A DNA stretch of 64,000 nt from Felis catus (Eukaryota), in the NCBI RefSeq assembly GCF_018350175.1, contig NC_058368.1, forward strand, positions 160,210,001 to 160,274,000, read 5' to 3'. The position numbers were made by a program, and so were the translations under genes. Position 1 is the first letter of the stretch, and each line of letters begins with the position of its first letter. Below the pieces are notes generated by a model. That model was given only the letters and a program-made list of their open reading frames with translations, was not told the origin of the DNA and ran no database searches. Below are positions 12,591 through 25,490 of the stretch, in pieces.

Positions 12591-13271
12591 ATTTCCAATA
12601 AATTTTGATAGGATAGTAATTATAATAGAAGAAATTGGATATACTAGTTATAATGGTTGTTTGGTTAAAAGAAGCATGAACTTACTTAAGTGTCAAGTAA
12701 AAGTAAATTTATTGAATGAATATGGGAAATCTGATGGAGGCTAATTTTAGGAAGTATAGTCAGGTCTCATGAGAATTGGAATCATTAGACATCTTCTCTC
12801 CCTTGTTCTGACTCATTTGTTCAAATAAAGTCAGATTTGTATTTTGGTCAAAATGTCCCTTTTCTTCAACACCCTAGCAAACCAGGTCTGTTGGAAACAT
12901 TAGCCATGGACTACTTCATATGTTTTCTTTATGTTCTACCTTTATGTCAACTTGCAGGCTTCCAGATTATTGGTTTGGTATTCATTTTTGTATGTACTTT
13001 TGCTTCATATACTTTCATGATTCCAGAAGATGTGAACCTTAAAAGAATTCCTTTTCTCTGTTCGTTTGTTCCCATGGTTTTCTGTGGTTTATCAGGTTAT
13101 TATTAAAATGAGGTGGAAATAAATAATCCAGATGTTATCTTGAATCTTAAACTTGCCTGAATTGTTAAAAAGTGTTATCCTTTAATTGATGTACTATCAT
13201 TAAAAAAGAATTAATTTGACTATTTCACAATAAATGGGCATATCTTATTTTGCAGATCAACTGAACTTTTT

Positions 13272-13492
13272 TTTTTTTTATTTTTTTTTCAACATTTATT
13301 TATTTTTGGGACAGAGAGAGACAGAGCATGAACGGGGGAGGGGCAGAGAGAGAGGGAGACACAGAATCGGAAACAGGCTCCAGGCTCTGAGCCATCAGCC
13401 CAGAGCCCGACGCGGGGCTCGAACTCCTGGACCGCGAGATCGTGACCTGGCTGAAGTCGGACGCTCAACCGACTGCGCCACCCAGGCGCCCC
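13272..13492 (-). mobile_element. Young feline Can-SINE
   Basis: Full-length, CpG-rich; perfect TSD tcaactgaacttttt at 13257-13271 and 13493-13507. Confidence 0.97.
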
Positions 13493-13532
13493 TCAACTGA
13501 ACTTTTTAACTTCATTCAGAAATAGAATCTGG

Positions 13533-13768
13533 GGGGCGCCTGGGTGGCTCAGTTGGTTAAGCGTCCGACTTCGGCTCAGGTCATGGTCTCGTGGTCCGTG
13601 AGTTCGAGCCCCGCGTCGGGCTCTGTGCTGACAGCTCAGAGCCTGGAGCCTGTTTCAGATTCTGTGTCTCCCTCTCTCTCTGACCCTCCCCTGTTCATGT
13701 TCTGTCTCTCCCTGTCTCAAAAATAAATAAAACGTTAAAAAAATTAAAAAAAACAAAAACAAAAACAA
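13533..13768 (+). mobile_element. Young feline Can-SINE
   Basis: Full-length; perfect TSD aaatagaatctggg at 13520-13533 and 13769-13782. Confidence 0.97.
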
Positions 13769-14332
13769 AAATAGAATCTGGGTGGCCCTTATTATTAAGG
13801 CATGTTATGTAGTGACTATAATACTGGCTGAGGCATAGTTGAGGCATTTGGTGACATATTTCTTTTGCAAATGTTAAATTCTGATCTCCATCCAGTTCTA
13901 AGCCCTTAATAAGAGCTTGGGAAACTTTAATTGTAAACTGTAAAAACTTCCATAATGGGCTAGTCACCTTCCATTTCCTTCTACATCTATTTTGCTCTTG
14001 TCACTCTCTGCTTTGTGCTTCAGGAGGCTGAGTTATGTGGACTATATGAATAGTTACCTCGATCTCTGGATTTTGGTTGGATTTGGGTAATTAGATGTCC
14101 TAAAGATGGGTAACTATCCTTTTTTCACCACATAGAGAAAAAGTATGATTTGAGCTACTAGTCCCTTCTTGTGAAATCTGTTGGTGCATGTGATCTGCTG
14201 AATGGGTTGGTCCAAAGCTGTTTCTTGTAAAGAAATATCATTCACCAGAATGCTATTGGCCTTTCTCAGCAGACAATGTTTTTCTTGCTATTGCTTCTTT
14301 TCCTCTTCATCCTCACCTTTTTCCTTTTTATT

Positions 14333-14507
14333 AAAAACAATTTTTTTTACATTTATTTATTACTGAGAGACAGAGAGAGACAGAGCCCAAGTGAGTGAGG
14401 GGCAGAGAGAGGAGACACAGAATCTGAAGTAGGCCCCAGGCTCTGAGCCGTCAGCATAGCCTGAGCCGAAATCAGACACTTAACCAACTGAGTCACGCAG
14501 GCGTCCC
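14333..14507 (-). mobile_element. Can-SINE with internal deletion
   Basis: TSD tttcctttttatt at 14320-14332 and 14508-14520; lacks the B-box segment present in sibling copies. Confidence 0.92.
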
Positions 14508-14916
14508 TTTCCTTTTTATTTTTGAAGTTATGCTGTACTGTGTACATAGAATTACCTATTGCGTTCTGTGCTTGGTCTTGCTTGGCTTTAGCTCATCAGA
14601 TAAAGTTGCATTGATTTCTGATTACATATTATTTTAGTTGAATGTGTGAAGAAGACTTTCCCTGCATCAATTTTTACTAAGGCCTGAATACAATTGATTT
14701 CTCATACCAAAGTGAATGTGAGCTAAATCCTTATACTCACCTCTTAAAGAGAAAAATGCCAAGAAGCATATTCATAAATCTTGGAACTGTTGCCCAGACC
14801 AATCATACAGAAAAAGGTCAAAGTGAAAAGGGCTTTGTAAGAATTTTTCTTGGTAGAGTTCTATTGTCATCTGTGAATCGCTACTTTCATCCCAGACACA
14901 AAGGGAGGTAAGAACA

Positions 14917-15125
14917 GGGTGCCTGGATGGCTTAGTTGGTTAAGTGTTCGACTTTGGCTCAGGTCACAATCTCATGGTCCATGAGTTCAAGCCCCAAGTT
15001 GGGCTCTGTGCTGACAGCTCAGAGCCTGGAGCCTGCTTTGGATTCTGTCTCCATCTCTCTCTGTCCCTCCCCAGCTTGTGCTCTGTCTCTCTCTTTCAAA
15101 AATAAATAAACGTTAATAAAAAAAA
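14917..15125 (+). mobile_element. Can-SINE
   Basis: gggtgcctggatggcttagttggttaag head through aaaataaataaacgttaataaaaaaa tail. Confidence 0.93.
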
Positions 15126-15139
15126 GACTGTTATTCATT

Positions 15140-15473
15140 TATTTTCTTCCAAGTTTTTATTTAAATTCAAGTTAGTTAGCATATTATGCAGTATTTGTTT
15201 CAGGAGTAGAATTTAGTGATTCATCACTTAAATTTGACACCCAGTGCTCATCCTAAAAGTTCTCTTCTTAATGCCCATCACTCATTTAGCCCACCCCCCC
15301 CCACACCTCCCCTCCAGCAACCCTCAGCTTGTTCTCTGTAGTTAAGAATCTCTAATGATTTTCTTTCCTCTCTGTTTTTATCTTATTTTATTTTTTCTTC
15401 CCTTCCCCTATGTTTATCTGTTTTGTTTCTTAAATTACACATATGAGTGAAATTATGTGGTATTTGTCTTTCT
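15140..15473 (-). mobile_element. Carnivore L1 3'UTR fragment
   Basis: caggagtagaatttagtgattcatcactta...cacccagtgctcatc...caaccctcag...cccttcccctatg motifs. Confidence 0.85.
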
Positions 15474-15744
15474 TTACAAAATAAAAAAAGCTTTTATTCA
15501 TGCTTCTAACTTCTTTTTATTTATTATTTTTTAGCACAAATCCCCAGAAGTACAATAATTAAATTAAAAAGTATGACCAATATTGACAAATTTCCAAAAA
15601 CTATGATCATCAGTTTGCAAGAATGCCTTGCCCGAGTCATCTTTATTAGCATTATGTATTATAATTTTTAATACTTGCTAATTTTCTAGGCAAAATCAAA
15701 ATATATAAAAATATGACCTATTATTCTTCACCCTGCATAATGAG

Positions 15745-15840
15745 TACAAGGACCATATCTGATATTACTTGTGTATCTCCAGTGGCTAGCTCAGGGGTTG
15801 ACACATAATAGGTATTCAATAAATATTTGTTAATGGATAT
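15745..15840 (+). mobile_element. L2 3' end
   Basis: tgtatctccagtggctagc...acataataggtattcaataaatatttgtt. Confidence 0.7.
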
Positions 15841-16328
15841 TTTTGAATAAACACTGTAATCTGCTGTTTTATTTATTTCTCACATTTAATATTTTTGTAT
15901 ATGCACTTTTGGATTTATTTTTGCTCTTTTATAAATGGTCTTTTTGTGTTCTTTATCAATTATTTATTGGGATCATAGTAGTTTTTGTAATTAAAATATA
16001 ACAGTTTTGAACATTCATGAATCAAGCCACATAAAATGAAGTTATAAAACAAAATCTATCAGATGCAAAGATAGCTAAAAAGAAACACAATTTGAATGTT
16101 GGTCTTCAACAGATTGTTTATGTTCATTCAAGTAAATAAAATAAGTGTTGAGATTTCAATTCTGAGGACAGTGAAGGAAGCATGGTATAGATTCCATTCT
16201 GATGAAGGTGGAGAGATTGGCAAAGAGACTGCCAGCTCTCAGAGACAGTAGAAGCAGGAACCATACTTCAGAGTGATTTTCTGTGAATAGAAAGTAAATA
16301 AGCATGCCAATAAGCCAGACATGGTGTG

Positions 16329-16334
16329 GTGTGT

Positions 16335-16384
<50 letters not shown>
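16329..16384. repeat. (TG)n microsatellite
   Basis: Directly visible. Confidence 0.97.
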
Positions 16385-16386
<2 letters not shown>

Positions 16387-18344
16387 CCTCTATCTACTGT
16401 CTACATAACATCTCAAAAGCAGTTTTGGCTTCAAACTGATTCTCAGTAGCTTGTGTTGGAACATTACTAAGAAGATCAGAGTAGATAGGCACAACCTTCT
16501 AATAGATAATTTTTCAATTTTAAATGATGTTGAACTAAGCATTATACTATGTTCCCATTTTTCTTTACATTATCATAAGCTGCATATAAATTATTGCTTT
16601 GCTATAGCCTTTGGGTGGCTTGATCCATTCTCAGGGGCCAAAGCAACCATGAAAACAAGCATCTTCCTTCTTGCCAATAGCATGGCTCATCTTACTATGG
16701 CATCATTTAAGGAACATGTTGATACTGTTGCCTAACTACTGTTAGAAATAATAGTTTAGGTTGTCAAGCCATTTCCAGTGGTAAAGTTTTAACACAAAAT
16801 AGTCCTGTCCATAGTCAGCTGGCTTGAGGTCATTTCGCACTAATGACAAAGAAACTGACAGGAGGTGGTGTTATTTCAAAGCAGAGAGAAGTAATCCTGA
16901 GGCTCTTCTGAGATGGATGTCTGTAATAGCTGCTGGTCTTTTTCTAGGTTAAAATCATTTTTCCTTTGCTCCAGATACAGAATTTGGGTTTGTTTTTCAT
17001 CTTTACTTTAGAAACTCTGGCAGACTCCATTTAGCTATTTGAATCAGTGGGGGAATCATATGATATAAAGGTTATACAATAGAAAATTGACAGGTTAAAC
17101 AAATATGGCAACACCTTGCATTGTATATTAAAATAGAAATTAAAACTGAAATTTTAGTTACTGTAAGATCTAGAAATTGCTTTGCAGATATTTCAGAAAG
17201 CTATACAGTACTGTGGAAAATATAATTGCTATACTGTAGAGACAATTATTAGATAGAATGAACTCCATTTAGTGCTTTGTCAGTAAGAAATGCTAAAAAA
17301 AATAACGTGGTAATAGGACTAATGTATAACTTGGAATGAGCATCAAAATTAATGAATTATAGTTTGATCAACACTTTTTTTGCTATTGTCTGGCTTTACT
17401 AGTTATTGAGTATCACCAAAAGAAAGCAAAGAGAGGAGAAAGAAATGGAAAAAAAAGGCTTAATCAATAGCAAATGGAAAAATGTATTATTATTTATATA
17501 TTCTTACTTTCAGATAGAGGATATACTAAACATGTCTTTTCGTGTTCATGTCAAAATTATTAAACTTTTCAAAATTCCAGGATCTCTTATCATGATTTTA
17601 TGATACATATCTGAACATAATTAAAGATATTAAAGTGAATGTACTCGTGTACAATTAAATGTGTTACAAACTCTACTTGTTGGTCTAGTCATTCTAAACA
17701 GTATTAAAAACAACCAAATCCTAGAACAAATTAGGGATGACAGACACTTGCTTGAGGTTTATTTCAATGTAATATAATCAGAAGGCAATACTAAATCTCA
17801 CTTTATTTGCTTGTTATTGCCTATTCAAAACTGTAGTCTTAACAGAACATCAGATGTAGTAGTAACTGAAAATAAAAACATGGCAAATTGCTGGAGAATT
17901 TGAAGTGTCAGGCTATTAAGAGTAAATGCATAATTGAGACTAGCCAGTTGAGTATGCTATTCAAGAAAATTTCTAAATATGTCTCTAGGGTACTTGGGGT
18001 TACTGGGGTGTAAAATCAAGAAAGTGTGGGTAAGTATGAGTGTAACTTAAGAGAACTGAAGCCTCAATCAGTCTCTGCTACAGTCAAAAGAATATTATAT
18101 TAACAGAGAAGGAGAGGGTTTGCCAAGAGTCTGAAAAGAGGAGCTCAAGCTTTTTGTTTATCTCTGTTCCAGGAGGGGAGAGTCTTTATAACCACTCAAG
18201 AATTGTGATTGTACCCACTGACCTCTACTAAAGGGATGAGTGCTTTTGCCATCACAGCTCAGTGGCTCATTAAGCAGTGAATTTTCTCATTCTGATTCTA
18301 CAATTGTCAAGCAAAAATATGTAGCTTTTAAAAACAGAATTTTT

Positions 18345-18554
18345 TAAAAAAAATTTTTAACGTTTATTTTTGAGACAGAGAGAGACAGAGCATGAATGGG
18401 GGAGGGTCAGAGAGAGGGAGACACAGAATATGAAATAGGCTCCAGGCTCTGAGCTGTCAGCACAGACCTGACGCGGGGCTTGAACTCATGGACCGCGAGA
18501 TCATGACCTGAGCTAAAGCCAGCCGCTTAACTGACTGAGCCACCCAGGCGCCCC
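18345..18554 (-). mobile_element. Feline Can-SINE
   Basis: Full-length; TSD core acagaattttt at 18334-18344 and 18560-18570. Confidence 0.95.
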
Positions 18555-18619
18555 TAATTACAGAATTTTTATCAGGGAGACAAATAGCAGATCCTTTCTA
18601 TCCCAATATCAAATAAGTT

Positions 18620-18726
18620 AATTCAATAATTTGACATATATTTATTGAGCATCTGTTTTATGACTGGGTCTTAGATCTATATTATTTAATGAAATAAGCA
18701 TTATCTCTAGCTTCATGGAGCTTAGA
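18620..18726 (-). mobile_element. L2 3' end fragment
   Basis: atatttattgagcatctg...cttcatggagcttag. Confidence 0.55.
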
Positions 18727-18776
18727 AAATATTCTTACTCATCAGTGGTTATTTATCATTATTAAAAACATTTTGA

Positions 18777-18984
18777 GGGGTGCTTAGGTGGATCAGTTGG
18801 TTAAGCGTCTGACTCTTGACTTCGGACGGGGTCATGATCTTGCAGTTCATGAGATCAAGCCCGGCACCAGGCTCTGCACTGACGGTAAGGAAACTGTTGG
18901 GATTCTCTCTCTCCCTCTCTGCCCCTCTCCCACTTGATCACTCTCATCCTCTCTCACTTAAAATAAATGAACATTAAAAAAAAT
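18777..18984 (+). mobile_element. Can-SINE (older)
   Basis: ggggtgcttaggtggatcagttggttaagcgtctgactcttga head; CT body; A tail. Confidence 0.9.
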
Positions 18985-19470
18985 TATGATACGATACGGT
19001 ATTTATTTGGGCTCTATTTCTTATTTTTATCTGCACTCTTATAATTTGATTAGCACATATTAGTCACCTTGGCTTGTGTTACTCTGTAAGCATTGTCAAA
19101 ATATTATTTTTTACAGATGCAGGTGAGATTAAGATTCTTGACTGTAATGTCCCCCCAAATGATTATACAGAACACACATATAATCTGCATGGTTAGCTTG
19201 TCACCTTCAATGACATCTCTACCTCTTTCTTGTTACCTGAAACATAATATTTTCAGAAGCAGTGATGAGACGAGATTTCAAATGAAGTATCAAAAAGTGA
19301 AAATGATCTTCATAACACTATTCCTGAGTGAGGATAATGTGAGAGGATGTATTGATACTCATATTCTTACACAAATTAGAATAAATACAACTAAGTTGCA
19401 TTTTAAGTCATCTAATTTGGTTTACAAAACATATTATTCCACTTATAAAATCAAAGCACAGATTTTTTTT

Positions 19471-20398
19471 GAGGAAGATGGCGGCGTAGGAGGACGCTGG
19501 ACTCGCAGCGCATCCTGCTAATCACTTAGGTTCCACCTACACCTGCCTAAATAACCCAGAAAACCACCAGAAGACTAGCAGAACGGACTCTCCAGAGCCA
19601 AGCGCAGACAAGAGGTCCACAGAAGAGGGTAGGAAGGGCCCAGAGGCGGTGCGCGCTCCAGGGACTGGCGGGGGGCGGGGGGGGGGGGAGACGGGGCGAG
19701 GGGTGGCCCGCTGGCCAAGCAGAGCCCCCGGGGCTGGCTTGCAAAAGCGGAGGAGCCGGACAGAGTGTGTTCCGATAGCAAGAGGGACTTGACATCTGGA
19801 AGGTTATAAGCTAACAGCTCTGCTAGGAGAACGGGAGAGCTAGAGCACAACAGGAGGGAGAGTTGTTGAGCCCCAGACGACAGAGCTCAGCTTGGTGAGG
19901 AACAAAGGCGCTCGCCAGCGCCATCTCCCTCGCCCATCCCCCAATCAAAATCCCAAAGGGAACCAGTTCCTGCCAGGGAATTTGCTTCCACCGAGTAAAC
20001 ACCCAAAGGTGTGCTTCTGCGGATCCATCACTCTGGTGGGTCTGACTCCCTCCTGGTGCCACAGGGTCCCTCCGGCAGCGGATCTCCGAAGGAAAAGCGC
20101 GCTGAGCCTGCCCTCCCGCCCCTGTGCACCTTGCCCATCCACCCTAGCTAATACGCCAGATCCCCAGCACCACAAGCCTGGCAGTGTGCAAGTAGCCCAG
20201 TCAGGCCATGCTCCCCCACAGTGAAACCTGCCCCTAGGAGAGGGGAAGAGAAGGCACACACCAGTCTGACTATGGCCCCATCGGTAGGCTGGGGGCAGAC
20301 ATCAGGTCTGACTGTGGCCCCGCCCACTGATGCAAGTTATTCAAGACAGCACAGGGTAAGTGCCCCGCAGTCCCACACCACTCCAGGCACTATCCAAA
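19471..20398 (+). promoter_or_regulatory. L1 5'UTR internal promoter region
   Basis: YY1-type motif AAGATGGCG at 19475-19483; the most GC/CpG-rich part of the window. Current activity unknown. Confidence 0.7.
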
Positions 20399-21294
20399 AT
20401 GACAAAATGGGAGAATTCCCCTCAGAAAAAGGTCCAGGAAACAACAACAGCAAACGAACTGATCAAAAATGATTTAAACAATAGAACAGAAAGTGAATTT
20501 AGAATAATAGTCATAAAATTAATCGCTGGGCTTGAAAACAGTATAAAGGACAGCAGAGAATCTCTTGCCACAGAGATCAAGGGACTAAGGAACAGCCAGA
20601 GGAGATAAAAAATGCTATCAACGAGCTGCAAAATAAAATGGAGACAACCACGGCTCGGATTGAAGAGGCAGAGGAGAGAATAGGTAAACTAGAAGATAAA
20701 ATTATGGAAAAAGAAGAAGCTGAGAAAAAGAGAGATAAAAAAATCCAGGAGTATGAGGGGAAAATTAGAGAACTAAGTGATGCACTAAAGAGAAATAATC
20801 TATGCATAATTGGTATTCCACAGGAGGAAGAGAGAGGGAAAGGTGCTGAAGGTGTACTTGAAGAAATAATAGGTGAGAACTTCCCAGATCTGGGGAAGGA
20901 AAAAGGCATTGAAATCCAAGAGGCACAGAGAACTCCCTTTAGACGGTACTTGAATCGATCTTCTGCATGACATATCATAGTGAAACTGGCAAAATACAAG
21001 GATAAAGAGAAAATTCTGAAAGCAGCTAGAAATAAACGTGCTCGAACATATAAAGGGAGACCTATAAGACTCGTGACCGATCTCTCTACTGAAACCTGGC
21101 AGGCCAGAAAGGAATGGCAGGAGATCTTCAATGTGATGAACAAAAAAAAAAATATGCGGCCAAGAATCCTTTATCCAGCAAATCTGTCATTTAGAATAGA
21201 AGGAGAGATAAAGGTCTTCCCAAACAAACAAAAACTGAAGGAATTCGTCACCACTAAACCAGCCCTACAAGAGATCCTAAGGGGGATCCTGTGA
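20399..21294 (+). pseudogene. ORF1: L1 ORF1p (coiled-coil/RRM/CTD RNA-binding protein), disrupted
   Basis: MTKWENSPQK...; ARIEEAEERIGKLEDK; EIQEAQRTP; RILYPANLSF; KPALQEILRGIL. Frameshift near 20600 and in-frame TGA at 20968-20970. Confidence 0.95.
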
Positions 21295-21344
21295 GACAAA
21301 GTACCAGAGGCATCCCTACAAGCATGAAACCTACGGACATCACA

Positions 21345-24300
21345 ATGACTCTAAACCCATATCTTTCTATAATAACGCTGAATTTAAATGGACTAAATGC
21401 GCCAACCAAAAGACATAGGGTATCAGAATGGATAAAAAAAAAAAACCCATCTATTTGCTGTCTACAAGAGACTCATTTTAGACCTGAGGACACCTTCAGA
21501 TTGAGAGTGAGGGGATGGAGAACTATCATGCCACTGGAAGTCAAAAGAAAGCTGGAGTAGCCATACTTATATCAGACAAACTAGACTTTAAATTAAAGGC
21601 TGTAACAAGAGATGAAGAAGGGAATTATATAATAATCACAGGGTCTATCCATCAGGAAGAGCTAATAATTGCAAATGTCTATGTGCCGAATACAGGAGCC
21701 CCCAAATATATAAAACAATTACTCACAAACATAAGCAACCTTATTGATAAGAATGTGGTAATTGCAGGGGACTGTAACACTCCACTCACAGAAATGGATA
21801 GATCATCTAGACACACGGTCAATAAAGAAACGAGGGCCCTGGATGATAAATTGGATCAGATGGACTTGACAGATATATTTAGAACTCTACATCCCAAAGC
21901 AACAGAATATACTTTCTTCCCGAGTGCACATGGAACATTCTCCAAGATAGATCACATACTGGGTCACAAAACAGCCCTTCATAAGTATACAAGAATTGAA
22001 ATCATACCATGCATACTTTCAGACCACAATGCTATGAAGCTTGAAATCAACCACAGGAAAAAGTCTGGAAAACCTCCAAAAGCATGGAGGTTAAAGAACA
22101 CCCTACTAAAGAATGAATGGGTCAACCAGGCAATTAGAGAAGAAATTAAAACATATATGGAAACAAATGAAAATGAAAATACAACAATCCAAACTCTTTG
22201 GGATGCAGCGAAGGCAGTCCTGAGAGGAAAACACATTGCAATCCAGGCCTATCTCAAGAAACGAGAAAAATCCCAAATACAAAATCTAACAGCACACCTA
22301 AAGGAAATAGAAGCAGAACAAAAGGCAGCCTAAACCCAGCAGAAGAAGAGAAATAATAAAGATCAGAGCAGAAATAAACAATATAGATTCTAAAAAAACT
22401 GTAGAGCAGATCAACGAAATCGAGAGTTGGTTTTTTGAAAAAATAAACAAAATTGACAAACCTCTAGCCAGGCTTCTAAAAAGAAAAGGGAGATGACCCA
22501 AATAGATAAAATCATGAATGAAAAAGGAATTATTACAACCAATCCCTCAGAGATACAAGCAATTATCAGGGAATACTATGAAAAATTATATGCCAACAAA
22601 TTGGACAACCTGGAAGAAATGGACAAATTCCTAAACACCCACAGGCTTCCAAAACTCAATCAGGAGGAAATAGAAAGCTTGAACAGACCCATAACCAGCG
22701 AAGAAATTGAATCAGTCATCAAAATGTCCCAACAAATAAGAGTCCAGGACCAGATGGCTTCCCAGGGGGGTTCTACCAGATGTTTAAAGCAGAGATAATA
22801 CCTATCCTTCTCAAGCTATTCCAAAAAATAGAAAGGGAAGGAAAACTTCCAGACTCATTCTATGAAGCCAGTATTACTTTGATTCCTAAACCAGACAGAG
22901 ACCTATTAAAAAAAGAGAACTGCAGGCCAATATCCCTGATGAATATGGATGCAAAAATTCTCAATAAGATACTAGCAAATCAAATTCAACAGCATATAAA
23001 AAGAATTATTCACCATGATCAAGTGGGATTCATTCCTGGGATGCAGAGCTGGTTCAACATTCTCAAATCAATCAACGTGATACATCACATTAATAAAAGA
23101 AAAGATAAGAACCATATGATCCTGTCAATTGATGCAGAAAAGGCCTTTGATAAAATCCAGCACCCTTTATTAATAAAAACCCTCGAGAAAGTCAGGATAG
23201 AAGGGACATACTTAAACATCATAAAAGCCATTTATGAAAAGCCCACAGCTAACATCATCGTCAATGGGGAAAAAGTGAGAGCTTTTTCCCTGAGATCAGG
23301 AACACGACAGGGATGCCCACTCTCACTGCTGTTGTTTAACATAGTGTTGGAAGTTCTAGCATCAGCAATCAGACAACAAAAGGAAATCAAAGGCATCAAA
23401 ATTGTCAAAGATGAAGTCAAGCTTTCACTTTTTGCAGATGACATGATACTATACATGGAAAATCCGATAGACTCCACCAGAAGTCTGCTAGAACTGATAC
23501 ATGAATTTAGCAAAGTTGCAGGATACAAAATCAATGTACAGTAATCAGTTGCATTCTTATAAACTAATAATGAAGCAACAGAAAGACAAATAAAGAAACT
23601 GATCCCATTCACAATTGCACCAAGAAGCATAAAATACCTAGGAATAAATCTAACCAAAGATGTAAAAGATCTGTATGCTGAAACTATAGAAAGCTTATGA
23701 AGGTAACTGAAGAAGATTTAAAGAAATGGAAAAACATTCCATGCTCATGGATTGGAAGAATAAATATTGTCAAAATGTCAACACTACCCAAAGCTATCTA
23801 CACATTCAATGCAATCCCAATAAAAATTGCACCAGCATTCTTCTAGAAACTAGAACAAGCAATCCTAAAATTCATATGGAACCACAAAAGGCCCCGAATT
23901 GCCAAAGTAATTTTGAAGAAGAAGACCAAAGCAGGAGGCATCACAATCCCAGACTTTAGCCTCTACTACAAAGCTGTCATCATCAAGACAGCATGGTATT
24001 GGCACAAAAACAGACACAGAGACCAATGGAATAGAATAGAAATCCCATAACTAGACCCGCAAACGTATGGCCAACTAATCTTTGACAAAGCAGGAAAGAA
24101 CATCCAATGGAAAAAAGACAGTCTCTTTAACAAATGGTACTGGGAGAACTGGACAGCAACATGCAGAAGATTGAAACTAGACCACTTTCTCACACCATTC
24201 ACAAAAATAAACTCAAAATGGATAAAGGACCTGAATATGAGACAGGAAACCATCAAAACCCTAGAGGAGAAAGCAGGAAAAGACCTCTCTGACCTCAGCT

Positions 24301-25167
24301 GTAGCAATTTCTTACTTGACACATCCCCAAAGGCAAGGGAATTAAAAGCAAAAATGAACTACTGGGACCTTATGAAGATAAAAAGCTTTTGCACAGCAAA
24401 GGAAACAACCAACAAAACCAAAAGGCAACCAACAGAATGGGAAAAGATATTTGCAAATGACATATCGGACAAAGGGCTAGTATCCAAAATCTATAAAGAG
24501 CTCACCAAACTCCACACCCGAAAAACAAATAACCCAGTGAAGAAATGGGCAGAAAACATGAATAGACACTTCTCTAAAGAAGACATCCGGATGGCCAACA
24601 GGCACATGAAAAGATGCTCAACATTGCTCCTCACCAGGGAAATACAAATCAAAACCACACTCAGAATTAAAACCACACCTCACACCAATCAGAGTGGCCA
24701 AAATGAAGAAATCAGGAGACTAGAGATGCTGGAGAGGATGTGAAGAAAGGGGAACCCTCTTGCACTGTTGGTGGGAATGCAAACTGGTGCAGCCACTCTG
24801 GAAAACAGTGTGGAGGTTCCTCAAAAAATTAAAAATAGACCTACCCTATGACCCAGCAATAGCACTGTTAGGAATTTACCCAAGAGATACAGGAGTACTG
24901 ATGCATAGGGGCACTTGTACCCCAATGTTTATAGGAGCACTCTCAACAATAGCCAAATCATGGAAAGAGCCTAAATGTCCATCAACTGACGAATGGAAAA
25001 ATAAATTGTGGTTTTTATACACAATGGAGTACTACGTGGCAATGAGAAAGAATGAAATATGGCCCTTTGTAGCAACATGGATGGAACTGGAGAGTGTTAT
25101 GCTAAGTGAAATAAGCCATACAGAGAAAGACAGATACCATATGTTTTCACTCTTATGTGGATCCTGA
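21345..25167 (+). pseudogene. ORF2: L1 ORF2p (APE endonuclease, reverse transcriptase, Cys-rich C-terminus), disrupted
   Basis: [34 protein letters not shown] (23431-23442), HCWWEC. Frame breaks near 21525, 22320, 22480, 22720 and 24670; TAA at 23542-23544. Confidence 0.96.
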
Positions 25168-25266
25168 GAAACTTAACAGAAACCCATGGGGGAGGGGAAG
25201 GAAAAAAAAAAGAGGTTAAAATGGGAGAGAGCCAAAGCATAAGAGACTCTTAAAAATTGAGAACAT

Positions 25267-25490
25267 GGGGCGCCTCGGTGGCTCAGTTGGTTGGGCGGCC
25301 GACTTTGGCTCAGGTCATGATCTCGTGGTCCGTGAGTTCGAGCCCCGCATTGGGCTCTGTGCTGAGAGCTCAGAGCCTGGAGCCTGGTTCAGATTCTGTG
25401 TCTCCCTCTCTCTGAGCCTCCCCCGTTCATGCTCTGTCTCTCTCTGTCTCAAAAATAAATAAACATTAAAAAAAAATAAAAAAAAACAGC
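25267..25490 (+). mobile_element. Feline Can-SINE inserted into the L1 3'UTR
   Basis: Full SINE; duplicated L1 sequence tgagaaca at 25258-25265 and 25491-25498; uninterrupted site visible in the sibling L1 at ~46420-46445. Confidence 0.96.

Noticed and set aside
13533..13620. tRNA gene (A/B boxes)
   Set aside because: tRNA-derived head of a SINE, followed by SINE body, tail and TSD
19093..19521. 142-aa ORF running into the L1 5' end
   Set aside because: Non-ATG start, no recognisable domain, and it spans an insertion junction; a chance ORF
19547..19795. Antisense ORF in the L1 5'UTR as a possible ORF0 analogue
   Set aside because: The poly-Pro stretch comes from the G-run, and GC-rich DNA gives open frames by chance. 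ORF0 is described in primates, and nothing here shows conservation.
20399..25167. Retrotransposition-competent L1
   Set aside because: Both ORFs carry frameshifts and stop codons
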